Assembly: GCA_949358305.1 (NCBI GenBank)
Contig: OX442314.1
Coordinates: 8,432,001-8,496,000 of the forward strand
DNA from: Strigamia acuminata
Lineage: Eukaryota
Direction: 5' to 3'
Length of the DNA stretch: 64,000 nucleotides
The notes under the pieces were generated by a model that was not told the DNA's origin, did not search any database, and was given only the letters and a program-made list of their open reading frames with translations. A program made the translations under genes and the position numbers. Positions 35,701 to 46,563 of this stretch are shown piece by piece (within the stretch, counting starts at the first letter, position 1; every line of letters begins with the position of its first letter).

Positions 35701-37702
35701 GTCTTTGCCTAAGGAAGACGGGCCTGTAAAAAGGAAAAGAGGTCGTCCGCGGAAAACTCCGGCCAGCGGGGACATGACGCAGCCTAAATCCTTACCCGTA
35801 ACGCGTCCTATTCCACCAACTTCGGAAGAAGAGTCAGGTGCAGTTTCTTTGCCAATTGACGTTCCTGAGAAGAGAAAACGGGGGCGACCAAAAAAGGTTG
35901 TGGAGAAGCGACCGGTCGGAAGGCCGAAAAAGATTCCCATCATCTTCGATCGCTCTACGGGCTCGGAAGCCAGTGAAATGTCGTTGGACGGTGAGGAGCT
36001 GCCGGGAGACACGGACTCCGAAGAGTTTCAAATTCCTGTGATTCCACGGGACTTGTCACCAAGGACCCAACCACGGCGAGATTTGGTTTCACCAACACCC
36101 TCTATCGATGCGGAGTTGCTTGACCACTCTGAGCACTCGTCTGACGAGAGTTTCTACTCACTTCCGGCGGATCATCCGACAATTGAGATTCTCCCAACAC
36201 AGAAGGCCGTTAAAGAAGCCCAACTAGCCGATGAATGGTCTAAGGGACTTATATTATATCTCAATTCAGGGTCTCTGCCGCCAGGTGAGATGGAGGCTGC
36301 AGAACTTAAGAAACGAGCAGTGGACATGGCGTTACACCGTGGTCTGCTCTGCAAGTTTCCACCAACTAAGATCGGTCAACAAGCTCCTACGCGTCGTATT
36401 TACCTCCCTCAATCCCTTCGTTACAAGTATTTTCATTGCTTACATTTCCCACCAACCTCTGGCCATCTCGGGATCGAGAAAACACTAATGCGTCTAAAAA
36501 CACGTGTGTTTTGGCCGGGGATGAAAAAAGATGTAGCAAATTGGATTAAAGTTTGTGAACCTTGTCAAAGGGCGAAGGTCGAGCGGAGGCTACCGTATGG
36601 CGAGATGGAGACCGCGAAACCGAGACGGTTGTTTCGGACCATTTACGTCGACTACTTCGGGAAAAAGTTGAAGTCCACTGGCGGACACTGCTACGCGTTC
36701 GTAATGGTGGATGCAGCCAGTCGCTGGGTGGACGTTAGACTCACCGAAAAAGCAGACGTTTCTACAACAGTGAAACAACTTAAAAAGTTCACTTATAGAT
36801 GGGCTTATCCAAAAACTATAATAAGTGATAACGCCCCAACCTTTCGCTCTGCCAAGTTCCAGGCACAGTGCGCCGAAATGGGAATGGTAAATAAATATAT
36901 TTCCGCCTACCATCCGCAGGGGAACTTGGCGGAAAGACTCAACCAATCACTTAAAACGTGCATCCTCGCGTATATAGACGAACATACGCGTTGGGATAAG
37001 CACATTGGTTCTTTCATTTTAGCAATTAATACTGCTTACCAGACCTCACTCAAATTTTCACCTTACATGATGGTCACAGGACAAGAAGCACGTTTTCCAG
37101 GAGATGTCGACTCTGACACTGACGACGGAGAACCCTTGCCGCCAGATGAATCGCGTTTTCTTCATCGATACTTATTACGCATCCGTGAGGAGGCGAGGAA
37201 AAATCTGGATGCCGCACATCTACGCCATAAGCGTTGGTATGACCGAAAAAGGCGGCCCCATATGTTTAAACCTGGGGACTGGGTCACCGTCAAAAGTCGT
37301 GTTTTGTCATCAACTGATAAACAAATAAGTTCGGGTTTCCAACACCGGACTGAAGGCGTTTATATGATTCATCGACTCCTGGGACCAAATACCGTGCTCT
37401 TGATGGACCAGGACGGGAAGATTTCCCAACCTATTCATGTGTCGGATCTTCGCCATTGGTACCGGGCTGAAGAGCCGGAAATTGAAGTTTCCGATGTCTC
37501 CAGTGTGGCTAGTGGGGCAGAGGATCACGAGGAATTGGATTCTGAGTTGGAAATTGATGAGGACATTCCCCAAGAAGACTTGGATGATATTTCTGCACGC
37601 GTTGTTAAATTCCAAACTGAAGTCCGTAGTATTTGCGTCGACTTCGAAGAGAGGAATAAACGCGTCAAAACATCGAAATTAGCGGCAGAAATTATCTCCT
37701 AA
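32594..37702 (+). CDS. pol: Pol (protease, RT, RNase H, AT-hook insert, integrase), expressed as a Gag-Pol fusion
   Basis: MMDSGAQ, RT YPLP/RMPFG/YIDD, RNase H LQTDAS..EIECLA..DHKSL..VADALSR, integrase H..GHLG..CEPC, YVD, ISDN, AER; frame uninterrupted. Confidence 0.95.
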   Translation, partial: GKRPGSTVQTIQRKGSGPETQISRTLEALDSISGWMVPPALQKTSTTALAASKPKMTNFIMLSPPEFLASKEPKLIIGLKDRCRRDAAFVKIAWINIEFIAMMDSGAQTCIMTMALYEKLAKEIGIEMVKLDETIRTADNHITKVVGCAQLAVRAPTAVVCFTCLIIEEGSQELLLGLDFCKAVGLCTDHANEYWFLLGDGTRHPFLTEEQARASDPVILFPLTKEQPSLPEGIAVKGPPLYNLPALRNPLVPKPEETAVPVKLVGQKERELTPEIPAKEEEAEEKPVVATKPPISEANCVLLNKRNFEVELFEPPHEDNPCIVKVVVARRGQDAQKWTFIWSPKRREKTARRNIVRVTRKLGRKAMCLSQMRRAIKLRKARVKAVAKRTLVETADSPSGERNVVGNAEISSACQKTEGTPRQHDVNFVQYIPNRDPTNLAWVYDQLCNQLEPKRINHLMDALKPVAHIFREELGLCNNTQFEVNLKPDFRPIHVPVRPVNPAKREIIDAYIDQKLAQGVIKRSKSDCAVAPVVVPKKDGRWRCAMDFRPINSQTLPDVYPLPDIDNIFAYLGGAKWFSIIDGREAFHQIGVRPGDERYLAFITHRGLFEYTRMPFGPINGPATLQRAMNLTLAEHLYKFVFVYIDDIIVFSKTFEEHVTHLQKVLTLLDQAGFTMNAGKTELCKTSLEVLGHIVEEGLIRPNPKKTDAISKYPAPTNLKELQRFKGMIGYYSSFFPGYSKTCEVFRVLMRKNAPWNWTAAHQAAFEYLKNQVSLSTLHRNFPDWSKPYILQTDASYSGLGAALMQINNDGVRVPIAFASRALNSAEKNYTATEIECLAAVWAVKRFRAYLELMDFYLESDHKSLTWLWAQREPKGRLARWILSLSEYRFTFLHCSGTKNRVADALSRAPVDPPIELDDEDCPALDDTYYCAYFDDFNDWPVLKMEELDEVAHWKSSNCKIVRAVTMRKQKRAFLARLNALSATAVDVCPVEDEPPPKRGRGRPRKNPIAKGPTQAGPLPGAQPTLPMSDEESVAVSLPKEDGPVKRKRGRPRKTPASGDMTQPKSLPVTRPIPPTSEEESGAVSLPIDVPEKRKRGRPKKVVEKRPVGRPKKIPIIFDRSTGSEASEMSLDGEELPGDTDSEEFQIPVIPRDLSPRTQPRRDLVSPTPSIDAELLDHSEHSSDESFYSLPADHPTIEILPTQKAVKEAQLADEWSKGLILYLNSGSLPPGEMEAAELKKRAVDMALHRGLLCKFPPTKIGQQAPTRRIYLPQSLRYKYFHCLHFPPTSGHLGIEKTLMRLKTRVFWPGMKKDVANWIKVCEPCQRAKVERRLPYGEMETAKPRRLFRTIYVDYFGKKLKSTGGHCYAFVMVDAASRWVDVRLTEKADVSTTVKQLKKFTYRWAYPKTIISDNAPTFRSAKFQAQCAEMGMVNKYISAYHPQGNLAERLNQSLKTCILAYIDEHTRWDKHIGSFILAINTAYQTSLKFSPYMMVTGQEARFPGDVDSDTDDGEPLPPDESRFLHRYLLRIREEARKNLDAAHLRHKRWYDRKRRPHMFKPGDWVTVKSRVLSSTDKQISSGFQHRTEGVYMIHRLLGPNTVLLMDQDGKISQPIHVSDLRHWYRAEEPEIEVSDVSSVASGAEDHEELDSELEIDEDIPQEDLDDISARVVKFQTEVRSICVDFEERNKRVKTSKLAAEIIS

Positions 37703-39009
37703 TCGTGTCAATGTTTTTGTTTATTCTTTGACAATTTTTAGTGTATTTTGTTTATTTTCTCCGGTTATTGCACCTTTTCATGTTTATTCTGCGCATGTCG
37801 GGACTCAAGTTCGCTATTTGTGATTGCTAGTAAGCAATTTGCTCAAGTGGTGGCGCTGAACGTCATTGGTCAGCTGACCGATGAGTCAGTCTTCACACAT
37901 GTGTGTGACCGCCATTGTTTTTCCACTTGTTGAGCAACGCGTATGCCTCGTGTAAGCGGGCGGAGATTGAAAACGCGTCGAGGCGATACACTTGAGCGCC
38001 TGACTGTCGAGGATTTGAGCCTGTTAAGTGTGCTGGTAGCCGTGAGTAACTTTATTTTGTTTTCGTGGACAATTATGAACCATTTTGAGAGTTTGAGTGG
38101 CGAACGCCGATGCTCGTGCCGTGCCGACAATAATGTAATTATTACGCGTTGTCATGTTAGGATTAATGAGTAATTTTATTGTTCAAACTATTTCACCTGA
38201 CTTTTACGCGTTTTCTACGTGTTTTTGGTGTCAAAACGGCCCGAGTTAGGATTCTTCGTCACTCTCGCTTTTGAAAATCCAACATGGCCGAATTTTCCCC
38301 CTGCTTAGGAATGTGTGAGGGTCACGTGGTCGGTTTCTAACCTCAACCCGGGCTCGAGCGTCCATCTTTGTTGGACTTAGAAAATTTTCTTCGTGTTTAG
38401 TCATTCACATGTGCTCACGCGTGCCTGTTCACTTGTATTTAAAATGCCGAGGCGATTGGAGATAATTTATTGCGCTCTCTTTGTATTCTTGTTTGCGTTT
38501 TATTTAGAGGAAATTTGCTACTATTTAGTGATTTATACTTTGCATATTTTGATATTTATGTACAAGTTACTGTTCGCGTAATGCCAATTCATGTCTTATG
38601 CGTTTGTTTTTGGGTGTATTACCTTATAGTTAGCGGAATCTATTTGGAGTGTAGACGAGAGTCATTTGTATGCTTTTGTGTATTTTTCGAACTGTTAAAT
38701 CTGGCAGTATACGCGTTCTTTCTGTATTTAATTCGACTTAATCGCGCCATGGCTTGGTGGATAAGTTATGAGTTGTAGATATGTTAGTGAATGTTGAAGC
38801 ACACGCGTTTTTTGTGATCATTATTTATATTTATGCGTTACATGCGTATGTGAGCTTCCTTGTGAAAACTAGCGTTATTATTCTGAGCACTGTGTATTTT
38901 TTGTTCATTCGCCATGTTTGGATGTGGTTTGCCCACGAGTGAATATTTTATTTGATTTGTAAATTTATTGTTGCGACTTTTTCTTCACCATTCAGTTTGA
39001 GATCTTATC

Positions 39010-40970
39010 ATGGCGGACCAGGACAGCAGTTCCGAGGGGGACGAATCACTCGATTTTACATCGGATGAGGAGCTTTATGAGGATGAAGGACTAGGAAGTA
39101 TGGCCGGAGCGGAACAATGCTCAAGTGCGGGACAACGCCGACCTGCTTCGCGTCGTGGCGTTTACCGCCCTCCATACCCGGTACCCGATTTGTACGCGAA
39201 AGGGGATTTCCAAACTTCGAGATATGCCCCCTGTGCTCCGGCTGGGGCCATCTGGAAAATATGTCGAGAGAATGCAACGCGTGTTTGGGGAAAGGCGTAC
39301 TCCGCCGTGGCAAATTTAAGATTTGGATGAGGAGGCTCCAAGCAATGGCCTTGCGAAAAAAGCGCTGGGATAAGCGGGATTTATCAAAGTATAAGTGGCC
39401 GACGGTTTTCCAAGTCATACGAGGAGACATTAGTGCGACTACGCGTTTTGTGCGAAGGCACGAGACGTTTTGGCGGAACACTATTGCGGAGGCCACGGCG
39501 GCCGGAATACAGCCTTTAAATTGGCAGTACCCTCCGCTCAATTCCATCATGCCGGTCCCGGGTGCCTGTGCTCCCCCTCTGCCGGCCCTCTTGAGAAGTT
39601 TTCCGACTGGAACGAGTACAATAAATGTGATTCGACACTCAAGGGAAAGTGATGTTCCCACCATTACGCGTCCACTTCATTCTGCCGCGTTGCGTCAGCG
39701 GGAAGAGCCACAGACCGTAGTTAGGGCTGGAATGACGCGTGAGGCCGAGGAGCAAGAGCGCGTCCGCCTCATCGAGGAGAGGAACGACCATCTCGTGGAC
39801 GAAATCGCCCAACTGCGAAAACTTCATTTGGATGCGAAAGCGCGGGATCAAGCCGTTCCGTCGAATTCAACGGTGGTTGTCACCGAGCGAGATCGCCCCA
39901 ATTTACCAGCGATCGAGGGGGCGCCGATCTGCGAAGTGGAGGCATTGGCCATCGTTCCGGTTCGGGCGAGAGACCCGAGAACCATACGTCCACGACCGGC
40001 GTTGGAGTTTCACCAGACCCAGAGTGAGGACGAAGAAACCACTGAGTGGGGAGAAGGAGCACACGAACAACTAGCCATTGAGGGGCCGCCGGCTGCAGAA
40101 AGGAGCCGAAGAGGAGTTGGAGCTCTCATCCCCCGAAAGAGTGAGAAAACAGTGATGCACGGCTTCACTCAACGTGCAGGGGAGTCGGCGGAGGATTTCC
40201 GAAAACGATGCTTTGCGACGCGTGCGCGGCGGCAGGCACGAGCCCAGAAGGAGGCTGAGGATCTTCGGGGAAAGGAGTTAGTCCTTTTGGAGAAATTGGA
40301 TGCGATCGATTGGTTCCACCCGGAGGACAACCCGTACCTTGGTAGTATTACTGGATCGATCAAAGACCGAGCGATGTCCCGGCGGCTGGGTTGGTCGACG
40401 GATTTGTCGGGCCCTCAATCACAGTTGCCCATCCGACACCCGGATTTGGTGGCGACGGGTCCGCGTCGACGATGTTTTGGGGACGCGTCACCTTTCAATA
40501 TGCTTGCGATCCCTCGGGCCACCGACTGGGAGACAGCGATACGACACGTGGCAGCGAGGCAGCGGTCCGATGGAAATCGGATGCGATTCCTGGACTACCA
40601 CGATTTCCCCACTACATTCTGGGCGCGGAAGGGATTTAACGAAATTTTCCCCTTCGGCACCCTCGACTGGCAGTGTCCAACGCGTCGACGAGCGACGTCG
40701 TATATTCAGGCAGACCCGGATTTGTGGCGACAGTTTTTCTACGCCATCGCCCGCACAGAGCACGGATGGCCTGAATCGCAGGCCCATGCCATTTTGGAGC
40801 TTCGAAATGGACAAATCCTCTTCCTAGAAAGCCTCATCGCAGATGTACTTACGCGTTACCACCCGCGTACGGAGGAGCAGATGGAGGACGTGTTGGTTTA
40901 TCGCGTCGTTGGACTCGTGGAGGAGCTTCTTCAGCTGATGTTCCCGGACGGTGCCAGTGACAGTGACTAA
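39010..40970 (+). CDS. ORF3 accessory protein of unknown function (617 aa from ATG 39117; ~653 aa if a 1-nt frameshift near 39120 joins the ATG at 39010)
   Basis: Long GC-rich ORF in the env position, preceded by a polypyrimidine/CAG acceptor (38978-38995); two CxxCxGxG motifs and a coiled-coil-like stretch; no evident signal peptide or TM segment. Confidence 0.8.
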
Positions 40971-41585
40971 TGTGAGGAAGTACCATTGCGAACTTGGTGA
41001 ACGGTTTCTCGAACGTGACTTTTGTTTTGTGCGCAACTTTTAAGTTCAAATGGATAAGTCTCCATTTGGACGCGTGTTTAATTTTATTGTTTGTGTTTAG
41101 CATTTCCAGTGATATTTGTGAACATTATATTTTACCCGACTGTGATATATAATTTATTTTGTTTGTTTTCTAGTGTTTTCCGCGCCTCTTGTACCTATCC
41201 GCGTGCCCGGGAGACGCCTCATTCCTCCTCCGAGAATCATGTGCCGGTGGAGATGACCCCCTAAATTTTCCTCTCGGTCGTGTGGATGGGTGCAATGAGC
41301 GTAGGAGTTCCAGCAATCAACGATTGCTTGGAAGCGTAAGTTTGTGTTAGTTTTAGCTTTATTTCAAAGTGTCAATTTGCCTTACTGTGATTTGAGTATA
41401 TATTTTAACGCGTCTGACGCGATTGTTTGATTTTGCATTATGTCTTTAGTTACTTTTGATTTATCTTTGATTGTGTTTAATTCGCTAATGTTGCGATTGA
41501 TTATGTTCTTGATTATTTTATTGATTTGATTGTATCGTTTCATTACTTCATCAAACAGAGTAATAAAACTCTGGCTGTGGGGGCG

Positions 41586-42716
41586 TGTCACGGCCCGTGT
41601 TTCCTACGTGTACAGTTTACGCATTGTTAACCCGTGTTTGTTCCTATTAAACCTAATTTGCGATTCTCCTACCTTTGTTGTTTTGTTTATGTTTGATTCG
41701 TGAGTTTTCCTCATTTTCCTTCTATCTTATCTCTTACTCTCTCCTAACTTTCTCTTCATTCTCTCACTTTTCTCTTATCTACTCCTAGTTTTTCTTCTTT
41801 AGTTTATGATTTCGATGCAAGTCTATTTGCATATCTATTCTGGTCAGTACGCGTCGGCGTTAGTCATACACTTAGTATGCACCGACTGTACTGATTGGCT
41901 CTTGACTCTTCCGTGATTGGTCAAGCTTGGTTGAGTCCAAGTTTACCTCTCACCCTATTTTTCCTCTTTTTCTTCAGTTGATCTCAGTATCCCGAACGCG
42001 TAGGTGCTCCTTTGGAGCCGGTGCTCATGGCTGAGGTTTAACTCCGAAGCTCACTTGTAGCTTTGCATTCGCCCTGGAATTCTGCAACACGGTTTCAGGC
42101 TTTCATTTCATTTCGCGTGTTAACTCACGGTTTTACACCACTCGTTCACCATTTGTTTTCCTGCTCCTTTTTGTTCATGTTTTATCGCCGTGACGCGTCA
42201 TCCAAGGCCAAACAGGATTTGTTGGCCATAAGTTCGAAGTTTGTGCCGTTTATTTCGCGTGCGCGTGCATTTAGCTTAGTTTAGCCGCCTGCCATTTGGG
42301 CTTTAGCTTTAATTAAGCATTAAGTCAGGTTTAGAGTTAGGTTTAGGGCCCGTGCGTTGTATAAGCACGAGTAAATTGCCCATCCTCGTTCAGACTCGAC
42401 AGTTTGGGGTTGCTTATGAGCCACTACGAGACGTGCATTCGTTTGCCTTCGTGTGAAAACACGATTGTTGGCGGGTCACGCGTTGGGTTTTGGTTCAGAC
42501 GCGACTACCGGACATTCTGTCCCCGAGTTTTACAGCTCGGGATACCCGGCCACAAATAAATATTAGTGTGGTGCACAGTATCTGAGAGTGTGTTAGCTGC
42601 CACTTCCTGCGCACATTCGATTTACGGCAGGTACGAAACTACCAGGGTGTGTGAATTTACTGTTTCGCGGCGTCTTTCAAACGCTTCTAAACCACCTAGA
42701 CTCGCGATCCATCACA
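41586..42716 (+). repeat. gypsy 3' LTR
   Basis: Direct repeat of the 5' LTR, preceded by G-rich GGCTGTGGGGGCG. Confidence 0.95.
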
Positions 42717-42911
42717 AAATAAAATTAAAAATGTGCAAAATAAAATTAAAAATGTGCAAAATAAAATTAAAAATGTGCAAAATAAAATTAAAAATGTGCA
42801 AAATAAAATTAAAAATGTGCAAAATAAAATTAAAAATGTGCAAAATAAAATTAAAAATGTGCAAAATAAAATTAAAAATGTGCAAAATAAAATTAAAAAT
42901 GTGCAAAATAA
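42717..42911. repeat. 21-bp satellite, right part (~9 units)
   Basis: Same unit as 28457-29241. Confidence 0.95.
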
Positions 42912-42991
42912 AAAAAATTATTCTAGTGAAATCAAGTATTAAATCACAACTTAATGCTGTTTCAAAGTGTTCTTGATGTAAATGAATTATA

Positions 42992-43068
42992 CCGAGTGGC
43001 CCACATAAAAGCGGCCCGAAAATGTGTGTATGTAATATTATGGGGCCGCTTTTATGTGGGCCACCCGG
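42992..43068. mobile_element. 77-bp miniature MITE, same TIR family as 5474-6333
   Basis: TA-CCGAGTGGCCCACATAAAAGCGGCCC ... GGGCCGCTTTTATGTGGGCCACCCGG-TA. Confidence 0.75.
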
Positions 43069-44587
43069 TACTTAGTAATTACAATTCTTTTTTTTCTATT
43101 TTTTTATTTGTTTATTACTTAAAACTTTTTCCAGACACTAATTTAGTGACTTTACCTGGTGGCTGTTTTTGGCAAAATCCTCAGTTTTCCGAACGGAAAC
43201 ATACGTACACGATAAGTGTCTTAAAAAAAAGCCAAAAATTGTTACGCACATCGTTAAAAAGAGACAAATTGCTGTTTTTTCCCGGAAAAATGGCGATTTA
43301 TGCATTTATTTCTGATTTTCGGATAATATGCATTTTTTGCCAATTTCGGCTTTTTATTTTTAAGTTAAGAAGTACTATAAGCTTACAAATAAACAATTTT
43401 CGACTTTTGTGTTTTCACGTGTAAAAAAAATTAAATTTACGGTAGATTGCAGAATTTAATAAAAAAAAAATTAAATTCATTAACCCCAGTAAGGAAACAG
43501 CAAAACTGTGTGATGATCCCACTGTTGACAAAACAAAAACAGGTGTTTCCTATTCACGGTTCCTTTGTAGTCGTTGTCACCGGCAAATACCAGTCATCGG
43601 GTCTTTCCGCTGAATGCAAGAGTGGATCAAAGAAAGGAAGAGGAAAGAAGAAAAAAAAACAATCCAAGAGTGACAAAAAGATCTTGTCCAACACAGATGC
43701 CACCAGTTCTTCCTGTGAGCTCAAACTTCTTCATTTCTCACAAGGTCATTGAACCATCCCCACAATAGTAATGGAATGGTCGTACAACTTGATCTAGTAA
43801 ATCCACTGGAAGCTGTTTGGTCTTCAAACAAACACTGCTAACAAAACTTCACATCTGCTACATAACCCACAATTGCATCACATTTTATCCAAAAACTTCC
43901 TCCTTTCATTGATTCAAGTGAAACTAATAAAGATTACAACGGAGAGGAGCATTTACACCGATGCAAAGCTTTGTGCTCACATACTGCAAATTTAGTATTC
44001 AATTTTGCTTTCAAAGCATCAATGCATGCTCTAATGTAAAGCTTATCCATCGACAGTTGCTGCCATTGGTGGTTTTAGCGAGGCCCTAGGCAAATGTGTA
44101 GGTGCAAGCCGTTGAACAGACATTAAGGAACGTAAGTTGAGACCTGGATCCAGTGGATCGTAATAAGATGCATGTTTCGTTGACGTTCCTTGATGCTGGT
44201 AAAATGTGATTACAGATTTTCGTTTAAAACAAAGCTTCTTAAAATTTTTCCACTTGCAACCCCTTTTAAGGTGGGAAACACAAGGGAGCGAATAAAATTT
44301 AAAAGCTTGCTTTTACTTGAAAAAGCAGCTAAAAACTCGCCCACTTGAGCGCGGAGGAATAATTATGTTAGAATTTGGGCCAGAAATTTGAGTTTTCTTG
44401 ATATTCTGAAGGTTATTACTAAAATTTGGGTAAATTTATAGAAATTTAGGCCAGTTTCCTACATTTTAGACATCTAAAAGCTTGTTTTCGTTCAATTCTC
44501 ATTGAAAAAATTTTGTACTCATTTCTAACAACATGAAAAATGAAAAACAATTTTGTTTTAATTTTTCTTTTCTTCTCGTCTTTGCAG

Positions 44588-44819
44588 ATTATTCGAAGAG
44601 CACAACGAACTTCTCAATTTGTTCACCAAATTCAGTGATTTGAAAACTAAAGAGCAGCAGTCAGAAAGTCTAGAGTTACAGGAACATGCAACGCTTGTCA
44701 TGACGACTTTGGACGAAAGTATCCAGGCACTGGAAAACGTGGACGCATTCACCGCCTACTTGCATCAAGTAGGCCGGTCCCACACAAAAGTGCCCGGATA
44801 CAAAAAGGAATACTTCTGG
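44588..44819 (+). CDS. Globin X-like (arthropod neuroglobin-like) central exon
   Basis: TTTGCAG|A-LFEEHNELLNLFTKFSDLKTKEQQSESLELQEHATLVMTTLDESIQALENVDAFTAYLHQVGRSHTKVPGYKKEYFW|GTAAG; CD1 Phe, distal and proximal His; intron phases fit canonical B12.2 and G7.0. Confidence 0.92.
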
Positions 44820-45050
44820 GTAAGAATACTAAACATCTTTTCAAATAAAAAATCATCATCATCATTAATTACGGTATTAACCCCCTTTGGAGCACATACC
44901 ATAAAAACCTGAGTTACATTTGTTTAATGTAACAAACGAAGTCTGAACGTCACAAACGAAGCGTACGTTCATCGTTCGTGAGGTTAAATATGGAAACAAT
45001 ACCGTACTTTTGCAAAAACACCGTATTCTTGGTGTCTCAGCCGCAGCTAC

Positions 45051-45454
45051 TATACTCTGGCCGAGTATAAGATCGCGCTATTTCCTATTGGCCCAGCCTT
45101 TTCACTAGTGTAGTGATCCCAAATAATAGATCAAAATACATGTTGAGTGCTTCCCAGACAATGCAACCGATAAGAAAATTCCAAAACGGCTTGCTTTCCT
45201 GACAAAGCAACCAATAAACTCAACAGTCTGAACAAATATGTATTTAGAAATACAACCAGCATAAAACAATATTTTATGATTTAAAAAAATATTTTATTAT
45301 AGAAAAGAAATAAACTTGCATCATTTCAATCATTAAAATAGTCAAACAAATTAAAAATAGAACAAAACTACTTTTTCTGGTGGAAGTACACAGTCAACAG
45401 TTATCAGGCTGGGCCAATAGGAAATAGTGCACTCTTATACTCGGCCAGAGTATA
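45051..45454. mobile_element. TACTCT-family MITE, copy 4
   Basis: TATACTCTGGCCGAGTATAAGA..CTATTTCCTATTGGCCCAGCC inverted at both ends. Confidence 0.85.
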
Positions 45455-46563
45455 TTCAAAGGCGACTCTTACTCAGTAAAATACGGTAATTAATTGGTAA
45501 TATCAATGTAAAATTGTCTGTTCTTCTCTATCCGTATCTGAGCTGATTTTTCAAGCTTGTGAAAAATTTATATCTGGCATTCAGTAACTCACACATACTG
45601 GCAAGCTGTTGGCAATAACAGGTCCCTTTTCTAAGTCCACCTCATACAGCTGTGTTCTTGTTCACTACACAATATTTTAAAGCCCTTTCTGCAGGTCCAA
45701 GACTTTGTGCTAAAAATATTCTTTAACATAATAAGCTTATAGACGTAGGTTATGTTGGTTACACAGAATATATCCCCATCTAAAATATACATCTCGCCTG
45801 GTTTAAATCAGATAAATCAGACTAAATGAATTTATGGTTGCAGCTAGTGGGCCTTTTATCGTAACTATAAACCAAATGTGTGCCTGTTTGTCTGAAGCAG
45901 CAGTAACTCTGTAACGCTTAGCACAAATGTCGTAAAATTTGGACAGCTTATTCTTTATTTATAGACTTTCTAGGTCAACGCAACAATTTTCATATCACTA
46001 TGTTGTACCCTTAACGAGTTAATATTAATAAATGCAATAATAAAACCTCCAGGCAAAGCCGAGTAGTACAACTTGTATAAAATATAAACAAGTTTAACAC
46101 TAGAATGTCGACACCGGTCATTTTGACCGGCACAGCTGTTTAAAATAGCTGTAGCAATAAACCTAATGGGTTTACAATGGTGTTTTTTCTTTTACTTCAG
46201 CTGATTTATGAGGCTTTATATAAAAAATCAGCAAATGTGGCATTTTTCTTAAAAAATAATAAAGAGAGAGAATTAACCTAGAACGACTGAAACGGGTCAA
46301 ATTGACTGGTCGAAATAGCATGAACGTGCACAATACGTGAACAATACGTGCATACAATGTTTTGACGTCAAATTGAGTTGTTTTAAATTCAGAAACACGC
46401 AAAACATGCGAAGAAAATAGTAAAATAAAAATTGATGGATTTTGTAAAACCTGATAAAATTAAAACGGAAATTTTGATTTCAGACACATGCAATTTTGGA
46501 TAGATCTGGTTCCCCGATATAGATGAATAAACTATATCTAGTCTTTCATAAAATGCTAATATA

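Larger units (their letters stand above)
29242..42716 (+). mobile_element. Ty3/gypsy LTR retrotransposon, 13475 bp, with gag, pol and an extra ORF3
   Basis: 1131-bp LTRs TGTCA..TCACA, 4-bp TSD AAAT, tRNA-Phe PBS, order PR-RT-RH-IN. Confidence 0.97.

Noticed and set aside
39117..40970. ORF3 as retroviral Env
   Set aside because: No evident signal peptide, fusion peptide or C-terminal transmembrane anchor
43447..43752. Lys-rich ORF as globin exon 1
   Set aside because: No helix A/B signature (SWK..GV.MF) and no suitable phase-2 donor
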